Source: an uncultured Acidobacteriota bacterium
Lineage (GTDB): Bacteria; Acidobacteriota; UBA6911
NCBI GenBank assembly: GCA_963843575.1
Contig: CAWJKZ010000010.1
Location: forward strand, 352,001 to 416,000
Length of the DNA: 64,000 bases
Direction of reading: 5' to 3'
Shown in pieces: positions 21,897 to 31,314 of this stretch; position 1 is the first letter of the stretch; each line of letters starts with the position of its first letter. Below the pieces are notes generated by a model. That model had not been told where the DNA came from, did no database searches, and was given only the letters and a program-made list of their open reading frames with translations. The translations under genes were made by a program, and so were the position numbers.

Positions 21897-22070
21897 TAAG
21901 TACACAGTCACACGGGCGATGAAAAACAAAAGCGAAAACAGAACGCAGATTCCGCGGATCCAACGGATTCACGCGGATCGACCGCGGCCTGTCGCCAGGT
22001 CGATCTGTGGGGATCCGCGCGCATCCGCGTCCTGAAAAATACGTTAGCGTATTTGTGAACATAAGTACTA
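21897..22070 (+). mobile_element. MITE-like repeat, copy B
   Basis: Shares CACGGGCGATGAAAAACAAAAGC...GTATTTGTGAACAT..GTACTA with copy A; lies between convergent genes. Confidence 0.8.
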
Positions 22071-22105
22071 CGTGGTTGTTCAGGTAAGGCGCGTCCGGAG
22101 GCTTG

Positions 22106-23017
22106 TCAATCCCGGCGCTGCAAGACGTCGAGGAATGCCTTGGCGGCGTGGCTCAGGGAGCGGCGCGCCGGGTAGACAAGCCTGATCTTGCGCTCCACGT
22201 AGAGCTCGTCGACCCTGACTTCGTTCAGCGTCCCCGCCTCCAGCTCCGGTTCGACGCACATCCTCGGCAGGAACGCCACCCCTTCGTTGCGCTGCACGAG
22301 GATGCGAATCGATTCGACCGTCGGCATCTCCACCTCCATGTGAAGCGGCACCTTGTGCCGCTGAAACTCCTTGAGGACGATTTCCCGATACGGCGACCTC
22401 ACGTTGTGCGCGATAAAGGTCTCCATCCCCAGCTCCGTTATGCTCACCGATTCCCTGCCCGCAAACCGGTGTTCCGGGGAGATCACAAAAGCGAGGTGGT
22501 CGTTGTATATCTCGCGCGACTCGAGCCGGTCGTCTTCGGGATCGTAGCTGATAACCCCGAGCTCCAGGTCCCCGTCGATCAGCTGGCCCGGAATCCGGCT
22601 CGACAGGCTGCGCCGTACCTGCACTTTCACCATCGGATACAGGAGGCGATAGCGCCGTATCGCCGGAAGCATGTAGAGGGTCGTCGATTCGTTCGCCCCC
22701 ATGACCAGGACGCCCGCCGCGTTGTCACGCAGCTCAGCCAACGCGTTCACCAAGTCCCGGTGCAGGTTCTCGAAACGGCGCGCATAGTCAAGAACGAGCT
22801 CGCCGGCGTCGGTCAACAGCAGCTCCCGCCCCGCCCTGTCGATCAGCTTTTCCCCCAGGTCCCCCTCGAGCCGCCGCACCATCATCGAGACCGCCGGCTG
22901 CGTGCGCAACAACCGCTCCGCCGCCCTCGAGAAGCTTCTCTCCGTGGCAACCGCTTGAAACACTTGGATTGGATAAAGATCAACGTTGTTGATTCTCTTT
23001 TTTTCTTCCATAAGCAT
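22106..23017 (-). CDS. LysR family transcriptional regulator
   Basis: HTH SFSRAAERLLRTQPAVS..LEGDLGEKLIDR..LTDAG followed by a substrate-binding domain. Confidence 0.95.
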   Translation of the reverse strand: MLMEEKKRINNVDLYPIQVFQAVATERSFSRAAERLLRTQPAVSMMVRRLEGDLGEKLIDRAGRELLLTDAGELVLDYARRFENLHRDLVNALAELRDNAAGVLVMGANESTTLYMLPAIRRYRLLYPMVKVQVRRSLSSRIPGQLIDGDLELGVISYDPEDDRLESREIYNDHLAFVISPEHRFAGRESVSITELGMETFIAHNVRSPYREIVLKEFQRHKVPLHMEVEMPTVESIRILVQRNEGVAFLPRMCVEPELEAGTLNEVRVDELYVERKIRLVYPARRSLSHAAKAFLDVLQRRD

Positions 23018-23043
23018 TAGCTTATATCATAAACACAATTTAT
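23010..23043. promoter_or_regulatory. Candidate LysR binding boxes between divergent lysR and leuA
   Basis: Palindrome ATAAGC-N4-GCTTAT (23010-23025) and ATAAA-N5-TTTAT (23029-23043, T-N11-A) in an AT-rich stretch. Confidence 0.5.
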
Positions 23044-23151
23044 ATTCATGAATCACACTATAAATTGGCTAACAAGCTCCTGGACGTGAATAATCGCTTT
23101 CATGGCGGGCCGAGGAATGCCGCCCGCAGGTCAGGAAAAGGAGAGGAAGCG

Positions 23152-24321
23152 ATGATTGGTCATGTCTGCGTTTTCGATACGACGTTGAGGGATGGCGAGC
23201 AGTCGCCGGGCTGCAGTATGACGGTGGATGAGAAGCTGAAGATGGCGGCCAGACTCGAAGCCCTGGGGGTGGAGATTATCGAAGCGGGTTTCCCGATCGC
23301 CTCAGAGGGTGATTTCGTTGCGGTGGACTCAATCAGCCGGCAGTTTTCCGGGATGCGGGTGGCGGCGTTGGCGCGCGCCTGCCGGAAGGACATCGAGCGC
23401 GCGGCCGAGGCACTGCGCCACGCCCGTCGTCCGCGGCTTCACACCTTCATGGCCACGAGCGACATCCATCTCCAGTACAAATTGAAGAAGACGCGGCAGC
23501 AGGTGATCGACGAGACCGTCGAGGCGGTCCGGTTGGCCCGCAGCCTGGTCGACGACGTGGAGTTCTCGGCGGAGGACGCCACCCGCACGGATCCGGAGTA
23601 TCTCGAAGAAGTCTGCAAGGCTGCGGTCGCGGCGGGTGCCGGGACCGTCAACCTCCCCGACACGGTGGGATACTCCACGCCGGAGGAATTCGCCGGCATG
23701 ATCCGGCGCATGGCGAACGTGCTCGCCGGTGCCGTCGTAAGCGTCCACTGCCACAACGACCTGGGCCTGGCGACGGCCAACTCGCTCGCGGCCGTGTTGG
23801 CGGGAGCCCGGCAGGTGGAGTGCACGATCAACGGTATCGGGGAGCGGGCGGGCAACTGCTCGCTCGAAGAGGTGGTGATGGCGATAAAGACGCGCCAGGA
23901 CCGGTTCCCGTTTCAGACCGGGATCGTGACCGAACAGCTCTATCCCGCCAGCCAGCTCCTGAGCCAGATCATCAGCTTCGGCCCTCAACCCAACAAGGCG
24001 ATCGTGGGGCGCAACGCCTTTGCTCACGAGGCCGGCATTCACCAGGACGGGTTCCTGAAGGAGCGCACCACCTACGAGATCATGGATCCCAAGTCCGTGG
24101 GGATCCCGGCGAGCCGGCTGGTGCTCGGGAAACACAGCGGCCGACACGCCCTGCGCGACCGGTGCGAGCATCTGGGCTTCGCGCTCACGCGGGAGGAGCT
24201 CGACGCCGTGTATGAAAGCTTCATCGCCTACACGGACCGCAAGAAGGGCATTCTCGACGAGGAGATCAGCGACCTGGTGAGCGAGGTCGTGGCGCGGTTT
24301 TCCCAGGCAGCAAACGAGTGA
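23152..24321 (+). CDS. leuA: 2-isopropylmalate synthase, short form lacking C-terminal regulatory domain
   Basis: FDTTLRDGEQSPG, IEAGFP, PDTVG, HCHNDLG, NGIGERAGN, HEAGIHQDG, GKHSGRHA; ends at about 389 aa. Confidence 0.9.
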   Translation: MIGHVCVFDTTLRDGEQSPGCSMTVDEKLKMAARLEALGVEIIEAGFPIASEGDFVAVDSISRQFSGMRVAALARACRKDIERAAEALRHARRPRLHTFMATSDIHLQYKLKKTRQQVIDETVEAVRLARSLVDDVEFSAEDATRTDPEYLEEVCKAAVAAGAGTVNLPDTVGYSTPEEFAGMIRRMANVLAGAVVSVHCHNDLGLATANSLAAVLAGARQVECTINGIGERAGNCSLEEVVMAIKTRQDRFPFQTGIVTEQLYPASQLLSQIISFGPQPNKAIVGRNAFAHEAGIHQDGFLKERTTYEIMDPKSVGIPASRLVLGKHSGRHALRDRCEHLGFALTREELDAVYESFIAYTDRKKGILDEEISDLVSEVVARFSQAANE

Positions 24322-24609
24322 TGCGCGGGTGAGAGGCAATCCGTACCCTCCGCGGCGGGGCGCGGCGCCGCAGTGCGCCGCGTCCCCGGTCAAACGCCGC
24401 CCTCTGCACCCGCACAACCGGTCCGAACCTCAACCGGGGAGCGGCCCGCCCGTACCCAGCCTTCACGCCGAATCCCAACCGGTTAATACCCACAAGAAAA
24501 AGCTGCCCTGGACGGGCCTGTCGGGGGTAAGGTGTTGGCGTGTCCGCTACATACCGTAGTCGTCTCGTTTCCGGCTCTACCTTCATCATGGCCTGAGGAG
24601 GCATCAAAC

Positions 24610-26151
24610 ATGGCACCCGACATCAACCGCCGTACATTTCTTGAAACCGCGGCCGCGTCTGCCGCCGCGTTCACCATAGTCCCGAGGCATGTGCTCGGGG
24701 GGCCGGGATACGTCGCCCCGAGCGACAAGATCGCCCTGGCCCACATCGGCTTCGGCACCCAATCGATCCGCGAGGTGGGGGCCCTGCTCGAGAGCCCGGA
24801 TATCCAGATCGTCGCCGTCGCCGACCCCGAAAAGGACGGCCTTCACTACGTGGAGTGGGGCAAGGGCCAGATCCGCGAAACGGTGCGCAAGATGATCGAT
24901 AACCCGTCCTGGCGGCAGGGCGCCGACCATGTCCCCGGCGGCCGCGACGTCGGGAAGGAAATCGTCGAAACCTACTACGCCAAAAAGAGGGCTGCCGACA
25001 GTTTCAAGGGGTGCAACACGTATGTCGATTTCCGCGAGCTGTTGGACAAGGAAAAGGACGTCGACGCCGTGAAGGTGATGACCCCGGACCACCTTCACGC
25101 CACCGTCGCCATCGCCGCCATGAAGAAGGGCAAACACGTGCTCCTGGCCAAGCCCATCGGCAACCGGCTGGCGGAGGCAAGGCTGGTGATCGAAACCGCG
25201 CGCCAGACCAAGGTGGGCACCCACTTTCTCCCGGCGAGCGATGGAGCTCAGATTCAACTGGCGCTCGACTGGATCAAAGACGGCGCCATCGGCACGCTGC
25301 GGGAGATCCACAACTGGTCCGCACGGCCGATGTGGCCCCAGTACCCCGTCATCCCGACGGACCGGCCTCCTATCCCCAAGGACTTCGACTGGAACATGTG
25401 GCTCGGCCCCGCGCTCGATCGCCCGTATCACCCGCACTATACCCACACCGTTTTCCGCGGCTGGTACGATTTCGGCGGCGGCCCCATAGCCGACATGGGC
25501 CATTACAGCCTGTGGAACGTATTCCGCTTCTTGAACCTGGACTCCCCGTACTGCGTCGAAACCAACCCCACACACATCTGCGCGGTTGCCGACGGCGTGA
25601 GCACCCGGGTCAAGAACGACTACTCCTTCCCGGTGGCGAGCACGATCCGAATGAGGTTCGCGGCCAAGGGTGACAGGCCGGCCATGGACATCATCTGGTA
25701 CGACGGCGGCATCAAGCCGCAGCCGCCGGAGGAAGTCTCGGCAGACAACAAGGACCTCGAATCGGAAGGGATGCTCTACGTCGGCGACAAGGGGAAGATA
25801 CTCGCCGGGTTCCGAGGCGAGAATCCACGCCTCATCCCCGAGGCCAGGATGGCACAGTACCGGACCGCGAAAAACTTGCCCGAACCCCCGCCGCGGGCCG
25901 AGCGCGGAGCTCGCGCCGCGGGCCAGCCGCCGCGCGAGATACCCTGGGTTGCCACGTTCAGGGGCGGGCCCCCGACCTACGGGAATTTCCTGTTCGGCAT
26001 TCCCATTTCGGACGCCTTCAACCTGGCGTCTATTTCGCTGCGACTCGGCGGCAAAAAGCTCCTCTGGGACGCCGCGAACGCGACGATCACTAACCTCCCC
26101 GAGGCGAACAAATACCTCGTCCGCGAATACCGCAAGGGCTGGGAGCTGTAA
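24610..26151 (+). CDS. Tat-exported Gfo/Idh/MocA family oxidoreductase
   Basis: NRRTFL twin-arginine motif, TPDHLH, KHVLLAKP, DMGHY, EYRKGWEL. Confidence 0.9.
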   Translation: MAPDINRRTFLETAAASAAAFTIVPRHVLGGPGYVAPSDKIALAHIGFGTQSIREVGALLESPDIQIVAVADPEKDGLHYVEWGKGQIRETVRKMIDNPSWRQGADHVPGGRDVGKEIVETYYAKKRAADSFKGCNTYVDFRELLDKEKDVDAVKVMTPDHLHATVAIAAMKKGKHVLLAKPIGNRLAEARLVIETARQTKVGTHFLPASDGAQIQLALDWIKDGAIGTLREIHNWSARPMWPQYPVIPTDRPPIPKDFDWNMWLGPALDRPYHPHYTHTVFRGWYDFGGGPIADMGHYSLWNVFRFLNLDSPYCVETNPTHICAVADGVSTRVKNDYSFPVASTIRMRFAAKGDRPAMDIIWYDGGIKPQPPEEVSADNKDLESEGMLYVGDKGKILAGFRGENPRLIPEARMAQYRTAKNLPEPPPRAERGARAAGQPPREIPWVATFRGGPPTYGNFLFGIPISDAFNLASISLRLGGKKLLWDAANATITNLPEANKYLVREYRKGWEL

Positions 26152-26156
26152 GCGCA

Positions 26157-26192
26157 TCGAGGGCCGCGGCGGGAGTCCGCCGCGGCCCTCGA
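26157..26192 (+). terminator. 16-bp perfect GC hairpin after the oxidoreductase stop
   Basis: TCGAGGGCCGCGGCGG-GAGT-CCGCCGCGGCCCTCGA; only a weak U tract follows. Confidence 0.55.
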
Positions 26193-26442
26193 ATTCTTCC
26201 CGACCGGCAATTCCCTCAGTGACCTCGTCGAACTGAACGTGCCCGGTCCCTCCCCTGTTGCCGGTCGCAGAATCATGGACCTGCCGCCGCCCAAAACTGC
26301 GCTGATCGTGCTGGTCGGACGCGGCGGCGACTTCGTCGCCCCCAACGGCAGCACTATGCTGGAAACAGGGGATACCCTGCTCGTGCTCGCCGGCAAGGAC
26401 GACGTCCCTCCGCTGCGCGCGCTCGTCGAACCGCCCCCATAG
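26188..26442 (+). pseudogene. 3' remnant (TrkA-C domain) of a K+/H+ antiporter-like gene
   Basis: LEFFPTG..DLVELNVP..SPVAGRRIMDL..ALIVLVGRGGDFVAPNGSTMLETGDTLLVL; no upstream membrane domain. Confidence 0.65.
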
Positions 26443-26468
26443 GCTGACTGGATCCGGCCGACAACGGA

Positions 26469-26633
26469 TTACTCGAGTACCCGGTGGGTGGTGTAGGAGA
26501 CCTGCACGGGAACTAGTTTCTGGAATTTCACGCGAATGACGACCTGATAGGCTTTCGGCAGCGCCCCACCCACCAATCCAACCCGCCGGACCAGCTCTTT
26601 GGCGTACGTCGGCTGGGTCACGTAGTCGACCGC
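26469..26633 (-). pseudogene. 3' remnant of a membrane-anchored sensor/regulator-like gene
   Basis: Manual translation AVDYVTQPTYAKEL..LPKAYQVVIRVKFQKLVPVQVSYTTHRVLE*; no start codon. Confidence 0.45.
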
Positions 26634-26638
26634 CCCCC

Positions 26639-26845
26639 GCTCTCCAGAAAACGATGAAGATCACCGAAGGTCACCGCATTTCCTTCCGGGCCGAGTTCTT
26701 CAATATCTTCAACCGCGTACATCTCGGCAATCCCGGAACCAACATCTCCTCGTCGTCCTTCGGGCGCATCACGTCGGTCATGAACCGTGAAATCGGGACG
26801 GGAACGCCGCGACAGATCCAGTTCATGCTGCGTTACGCCTTCTGA
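26639..26845 (+). pseudogene. 3' remnant of an Oar-like TonB-dependent receptor
   Basis: FRAEFFNIFNRVHLGNP..SFGRIT..PRQIQFMLRYAF* with a terminal Phe; the rest of the barrel is absent. Confidence 0.8.
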
Positions 26846-26976
26846 AAACCTGCAAGTCGGTTCCTCGAGAACTGAGATGCCTGCGTAATTGTCGACCATG
26901 GCCGGGACCAGACGTCCCGGCCATGGCGATTTGTGGAAGTAAGCCAACCAACATCCCGTGATAAAATTGAGATACT

Positions 26977-28056
26977 ATGCGCAAAACCTGGCTGCCCCTG
27001 TTGATGCTGGCGCTGGCTGCTGCCTGCGCGCGGACAACTCCTCCGGACGTTCATCCTTCGCTGGCCACTGAATCGGTGACCGACGATCCGGACGATCCCA
27101 CGATCTGGGTCAATCCCTCCGATCCGAGCCGCAGCATTATCGTCGGGACCAACAAGGTCCCGGCACCGAAAGGCGCGCTCGTGGTCTTCGGGCTGGACGG
27201 GAAGATCCGCCAGACGATCGCCAACCTCGACCGGCCCAACAACGTCGACATCGAATACGGTCTTCAACTCGGCGGGCAACCTGTGGACATCGCGGTCACC
27301 ACGGAGCGCCTGAAACGGCGCCTGCGCGTGTACAAGATCGAACCCGAAGGGACCCTGACCGACATCTCTTCGGAATCCGGCCTGAATGTCTTCGAGGGCG
27401 AGCAGGGGGAAAACGGTGCCCCGATGGGCATCAGCCTCTACTGCCGGCCCAGCGACAAGGCCATCTTCGCCATAGTCAGCCCGAAGGAAGGCCCGAACGA
27501 CGGCTACCTCTGGCAATACCGGCTGTCGGACGACGGCACGGGAAAGGTCAAGGCGGAGAAGGTGCGCCGTTTCGGCCGCTACAGCGGGGGTACCGAAATC
27601 GAGGCGGTCGCCGTCGACGACGCCCTCGGCTTTGTGTATTACGCGGATGAAGGCGACGGCATCCACAAGTACCATGCCGATCCAGACCACCCTGACGCTG
27701 CACGCGAGCTGGCCCACTTCGGCAAGACCGACTTCAAGGCCGATCGCGAAGGGATTGCGATTTACGCCCACAGCGGCGGGACCGGGTACATCCTCTGCAC
27801 CGATCAGCTGGACGGCAACAGCCAGTACCGCATTTACCGGCGCGAAGGCACGCCTGCCCATCCGCACGACCACAGCGAACTGCTCAAGAGTGTCGGGGGC
27901 GGGGCCGATGGGACCGACGGGATTGAAGCAACCTCTGCGGCGCTGGGGCCATTGTTCCCCAACGGCATGGTGGTGGCGATGAACAGTGGGGCCAAGAACT
28001 TCCTGGTGTTCCGGTGGGAGGACTTCGCCGGCTCGGGCTCCGTCAAGCTGAAGTAA
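26977..28056 (+). CDS. Beta-propeller phytase, probable lipoprotein
   Basis: DPDDPTIWVNP, GTNK, NNVDIEYG, EIEAVAVDD, DREGIAIY, DGTDGIE; lipobox LAAAC. Confidence 0.92.
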   Translation: MRKTWLPLLMLALAAACARTTPPDVHPSLATESVTDDPDDPTIWVNPSDPSRSIIVGTNKVPAPKGALVVFGLDGKIRQTIANLDRPNNVDIEYGLQLGGQPVDIAVTTERLKRRLRVYKIEPEGTLTDISSESGLNVFEGEQGENGAPMGISLYCRPSDKAIFAIVSPKEGPNDGYLWQYRLSDDGTGKVKAEKVRRFGRYSGGTEIEAVAVDDALGFVYYADEGDGIHKYHADPDHPDAARELAHFGKTDFKADREGIAIYAHSGGTGYILCTDQLDGNSQYRIYRREGTPAHPHDHSELLKSVGGGADGTDGIEATSAALGPLFPNGMVVAMNSGAKNFLVFRWEDFAGSGSVKLK

Positions 28057-28084
28057 GGGTCTGTCACAGAATATGAGGCCCTAA
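28054..28084. repeat. 31-bp mini element starting at the phytase TAA stop
   Basis: TAAGGGTCTGTCACAGAATATGAGGCCCTAA; a similar copy lies at 63608-63638. Confidence 0.65.
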
Positions 28085-28258
28085 GTACTGATGTTCACAA
28101 ATACCCTAACGTATTTTTCAGGACGCGGATGCGCGCGGATCCCCACAGATCGACCTGGCGACAGGACGCGGTCGATCCGCGTGAATCCGTTGGATCCGCG
28201 GAATCTGCGTTCTGTTTTGGCTTTTGTTTTTCATCGCCCGTGTTGTTCTGCGTACTAA
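28081..28258 (-). mobile_element. MITE-like repeat, copy C (inverted)
   Basis: Reverse complement matches copies A and B; ends are CTAAGTAC and GTACTAA. Confidence 0.8.
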
Positions 28259-28407
28259 GCCTCCGCGGTTTTCGCGATTCCTTGAGTCCTTCGGGCGTGA
28301 AATAGACCTCGCAGGTTCGAAGAATCTCGAATGCGAGTTCTGAAATCACACGCTGCCGCAATACCCCGCCGAAGTGTTATGCTCCATTTTTTCGTGAGGA
28401 TAGTGAC

Positions 28408-30266
28408 TTGGGAGCCAGTACAAAATCCCGGCCCGCGCATCTGGAGTTCACCGCGGCGCCCCCGGCGGCCCGCCGCGCCTTCCGGGGCATCCTGATCGGA
28501 ATCGCGGCGATTTACCTGCTCGGGTTTGGGGCGGAGCCGATCAGCACCATGGACGACCAGGTGATGCTGGCCGCGGCGATGAATTTCGTCCAGACCGGCA
28601 AACTTACGCTCCCCGATCGGTTCGCCGAAGCGGCTCCCGGGCGCGCTCTTTTCGGGCGCACGACCCCCACAGGGGAGGTCTACGTCAAGTACCCGCCGGG
28701 GTACCCTCTCGTCCTCGCTTTCTTCCTGCTGCCGGCCAAGGCTGCCGGTCTCGCTTGGGGAGGTGTTGCGGCCGACCTGGTCCTGTGCTTGCCCTCGATG
28801 CTGGCCCTGCTGGCCGCTACGGTCCTGGTGTGGCGCGCCTGCATGCGTCTGGGCCTCCCGCCCGCCGCCGCCCACATCGCCGCCGCGGGCATAGCTCTCG
28901 GGAGTTATGCCTGGCCCTACGCGGGTGTCAACTTCGGCGAACCGCTGCAGCTGCTCTGTGTCGCCGCAGCCTTTTACGGCCTTCTGGCCGCGTTCCAGGA
29001 GGAGGCCCGATGGAAATTCTACCTGCTGGGGGCCGGCCTGGCGCTCGGCTACGGCGTCCTGACGAAGTCTTCGCTGGGATTGCTGATGCCTATCTTGGCG
29101 CTTGGCGCCCTCTGGGGATGGTCGACCCGCACCCCTCGTTGAAGGAGGGGCTCGTGCGGTCGGCGCTCTTTGGCCTCCCCTCGATGCTGGCCGGTGCGTA
29201 TCTCCTCGTGGTCAACGCGTTCCTGTTCGGCGACGCCAAGGATTTCGGGTACACGGGTGAAGCGTTCCGGGCCTCCGCCCTCGCGGGACTCCGGGAGTTG
29301 ATCGTCGGCTGGGACAAGGGGATACTCTGGTTTGCCCCCCTGGTCGCGCTCGTGCCGGTGGGCGCCTGGAAGCTGCGGAGGAATCCGTGTCGTTGGGCCG
29401 CCCCGACTCTGCTCGCCTGTTGCGCGGCATACACGGTGTTGATCGCGTGCTGGTGGGCCTATCGCGGCGGAAATTGCTGGGGACCGCGCCTCCTCCTGCC
29501 CGTACTCCCCCTTTTGATGATTCTCGCCGTGGCGGCCGTGGACTCCGTGAGGTGGCGCTGGGCCGGGATCGGCCTGGTTGCGCTCGGCCTTGCGGTAAAC
29601 CTTCTCGGGGTCGTCGTCAACTACCAGTCCTACTACATCGCGGTGCGTCTGGCACCGGGGAAGCCCGACTGGAAGGATCCTGCCTACGCGCAAATACCCG
29701 GCCACTTCTGGCTCGCCCGTGTGCAACTGGCGAAGCAGTCCCTCAGCCAGCCTGAGGAGAGCGTGCCCCTTTGGAGCGCGCCGCCGTGGATTGCCGGCAA
29801 CCCCGAGGGCAAGCCCGGGCCCTACTCGCGGTACGACGAGCCCGTCTTGAACCCGTGGCCGCTCCGGGTCGCCCTCGGCAAACCCTGGCTCCGCCGCGCA
29901 GACCTCTGGTACCTGCGCAGCCTCATGGAGGTGGCCATCACGAGGTACCAGAACGGCGATCTTCCCGGCGCGCTGCGGCTCATGCAGGAAGGGCTCGACA
30001 TCGAGCCGTCATATGCGCCGATGGTCGCGGCCGAAGGGATGGTATATTACAGCTCCCGCGATTTCGGCCGTGCCTTGGGCCGCTTCGACCGCGCTCTGGC
30101 GCTCGATCCGGCCTACGAGTTGGCGTGGTACGGCCGGGGACTCGCCCTGGAGTCGCTGGGAAATCCGAAGGAGGCGGCGTTGTCCTACCGGAGACTGCTG
30201 CAGGTAGGCCTGCGCAGCCTGAGCCGCAAGGAAATCGAGGAGCGGCTGGCACGGCTGGCCGAGTGA
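28408..30266 (+). CDS. Multi-pass membrane protein (GT-C/PMT-like) with C-terminal TPR repeats, frameshift near 29135
   Basis: YVKYPPG, FGEP, KGILWFAP, WGPRLLLP; TPR-like ALALDPAYELAWYGRGLALESLG. Confidence 0.7.
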
Positions 30267-30271
30267 CGACG

Positions 30272-31312
30272 ATGCCTGCAGCTGAATCGATCTCCCCGTC
30301 GGTCCGCATCTCGGTCGTGATCCCTTTCCGCGACGCCTCGGCTCACCTGCACGACTGTCTCGCCGCGTTGCGCGGCTCGGACAGGCTGCCCTATGAACTG
30401 ATACTGGTCGATGACGGCTCGCACGACGGTTCCCACGCCATGGCCCGCCTCTCGGGAGCGAAGGTCGTCACGCTGCCGGAATCGCGCGGGCCCGCCTTTG
30501 CCCGCAACCGGGGGGCTGAGCAGGCTTCGGGCGACGTGTTGGTTTTCATCGACGCGGACGTGCTGTGCCACCGCGACACGCTGTCGAAGATTGCCGATGC
30601 ATTCTCGCGCGATCCGGGGCTGAGTGCCGTGATCGGCTCCTACGACGAGAGCCCTCCCGCAAACAACTTCCTGTCCCGGTACAAGAACCTGACGCACCAC
30701 TACGTCCACCAGCACGGCCTGTCCGAGGCATCCACCTTCTGGACGGGCTGCGGCGCCGTGCGCCGCTCGGTGTTCCGGGAATTGGGCGGGTTCGACGAGA
30801 CCTACAGGCGGCCGAGCATCGAGGACATCGAACTCGGTTACCGCATGCGCGCCGCCGGCCGCAGGATCGCGCTGCGCAAGGACCTGCTGGTGCGCCACGC
30901 GAAGGTGTGGACCCTCGGCAGCCTGCTTCGGAGCGACGTGCTCGACCGGGCGATTCCATGGACCGCGCTGCAGTTGGAGTACGGCTCCATCCTCAACGAC
31001 CTCAACGTCACCGTTCCCCAGCGGGTCGCCGCGCTGCTGGCGTGGGTCCTCATCGCCGGGGCGGCTGGGGGCTTTGTCTGGCCTCCCCTGTGGCTGGCCG
31101 CGTGTGCAGGCGCAGCGGGCCTGATCTTGATCAACCACGGCCTGTACCGCTTCTATCTGCGCAGTGGCGGCTGGCCATTTGCGCTTGGCTGCGCTGGCAT
31201 GCACGTCATGTATTACCTCTACAGCACCGCCGCCTTTTGCGCCGGGTGCGCGCTCCGCGGGCGCCGCGGAACAGTCCCGGCGGCGAGCGCCCGCGCGAGG
31301 CACTCCGCTTGA
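30272..31312 (+). CDS. Glycosyltransferase family 2
   Basis: ISVVIP, VDDGSHDGS, GPAFARNRG, FIDAD, GGFDE, IEDIELGYR. Confidence 0.92.
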   Translation: MPAAESISPSVRISVVIPFRDASAHLHDCLAALRGSDRLPYELILVDDGSHDGSHAMARLSGAKVVTLPESRGPAFARNRGAEQASGDVLVFIDADVLCHRDTLSKIADAFSRDPGLSAVIGSYDESPPANNFLSRYKNLTHHYVHQHGLSEASTFWTGCGAVRRSVFRELGGFDETYRRPSIEDIELGYRMRAAGRRIALRKDLLVRHAKVWTLGSLLRSDVLDRAIPWTALQLEYGSILNDLNVTVPQRVAALLAWVLIAGAAGGFVWPPLWLAACAGAAGLILINHGLYRFYLRSGGWPFALGCAGMHVMYYLYSTAAFCAGCALRGRRGTVPAASARARHSA

Positions 31313-31314
31313 CC

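Noticed and set aside
23044-23151. Leucine attenuator or riboswitch upstream of leuA
   Set aside because: No Leu-rich leader peptide or U-tailed terminator is visible; only a short GC hairpin.
19465-26664. Long antisense ORFs (e.g. 19465-21264, 22103-23020, 24604-26664; also 77-508)
   Set aside because: These are shadow frames of well-supported genes in high-GC DNA and carry no recognisable motifs.
19429-28258. CRISPR array
   Set aside because: The repeats are ~180 bp, dispersed and lack regular spacers; no cas genes were seen.
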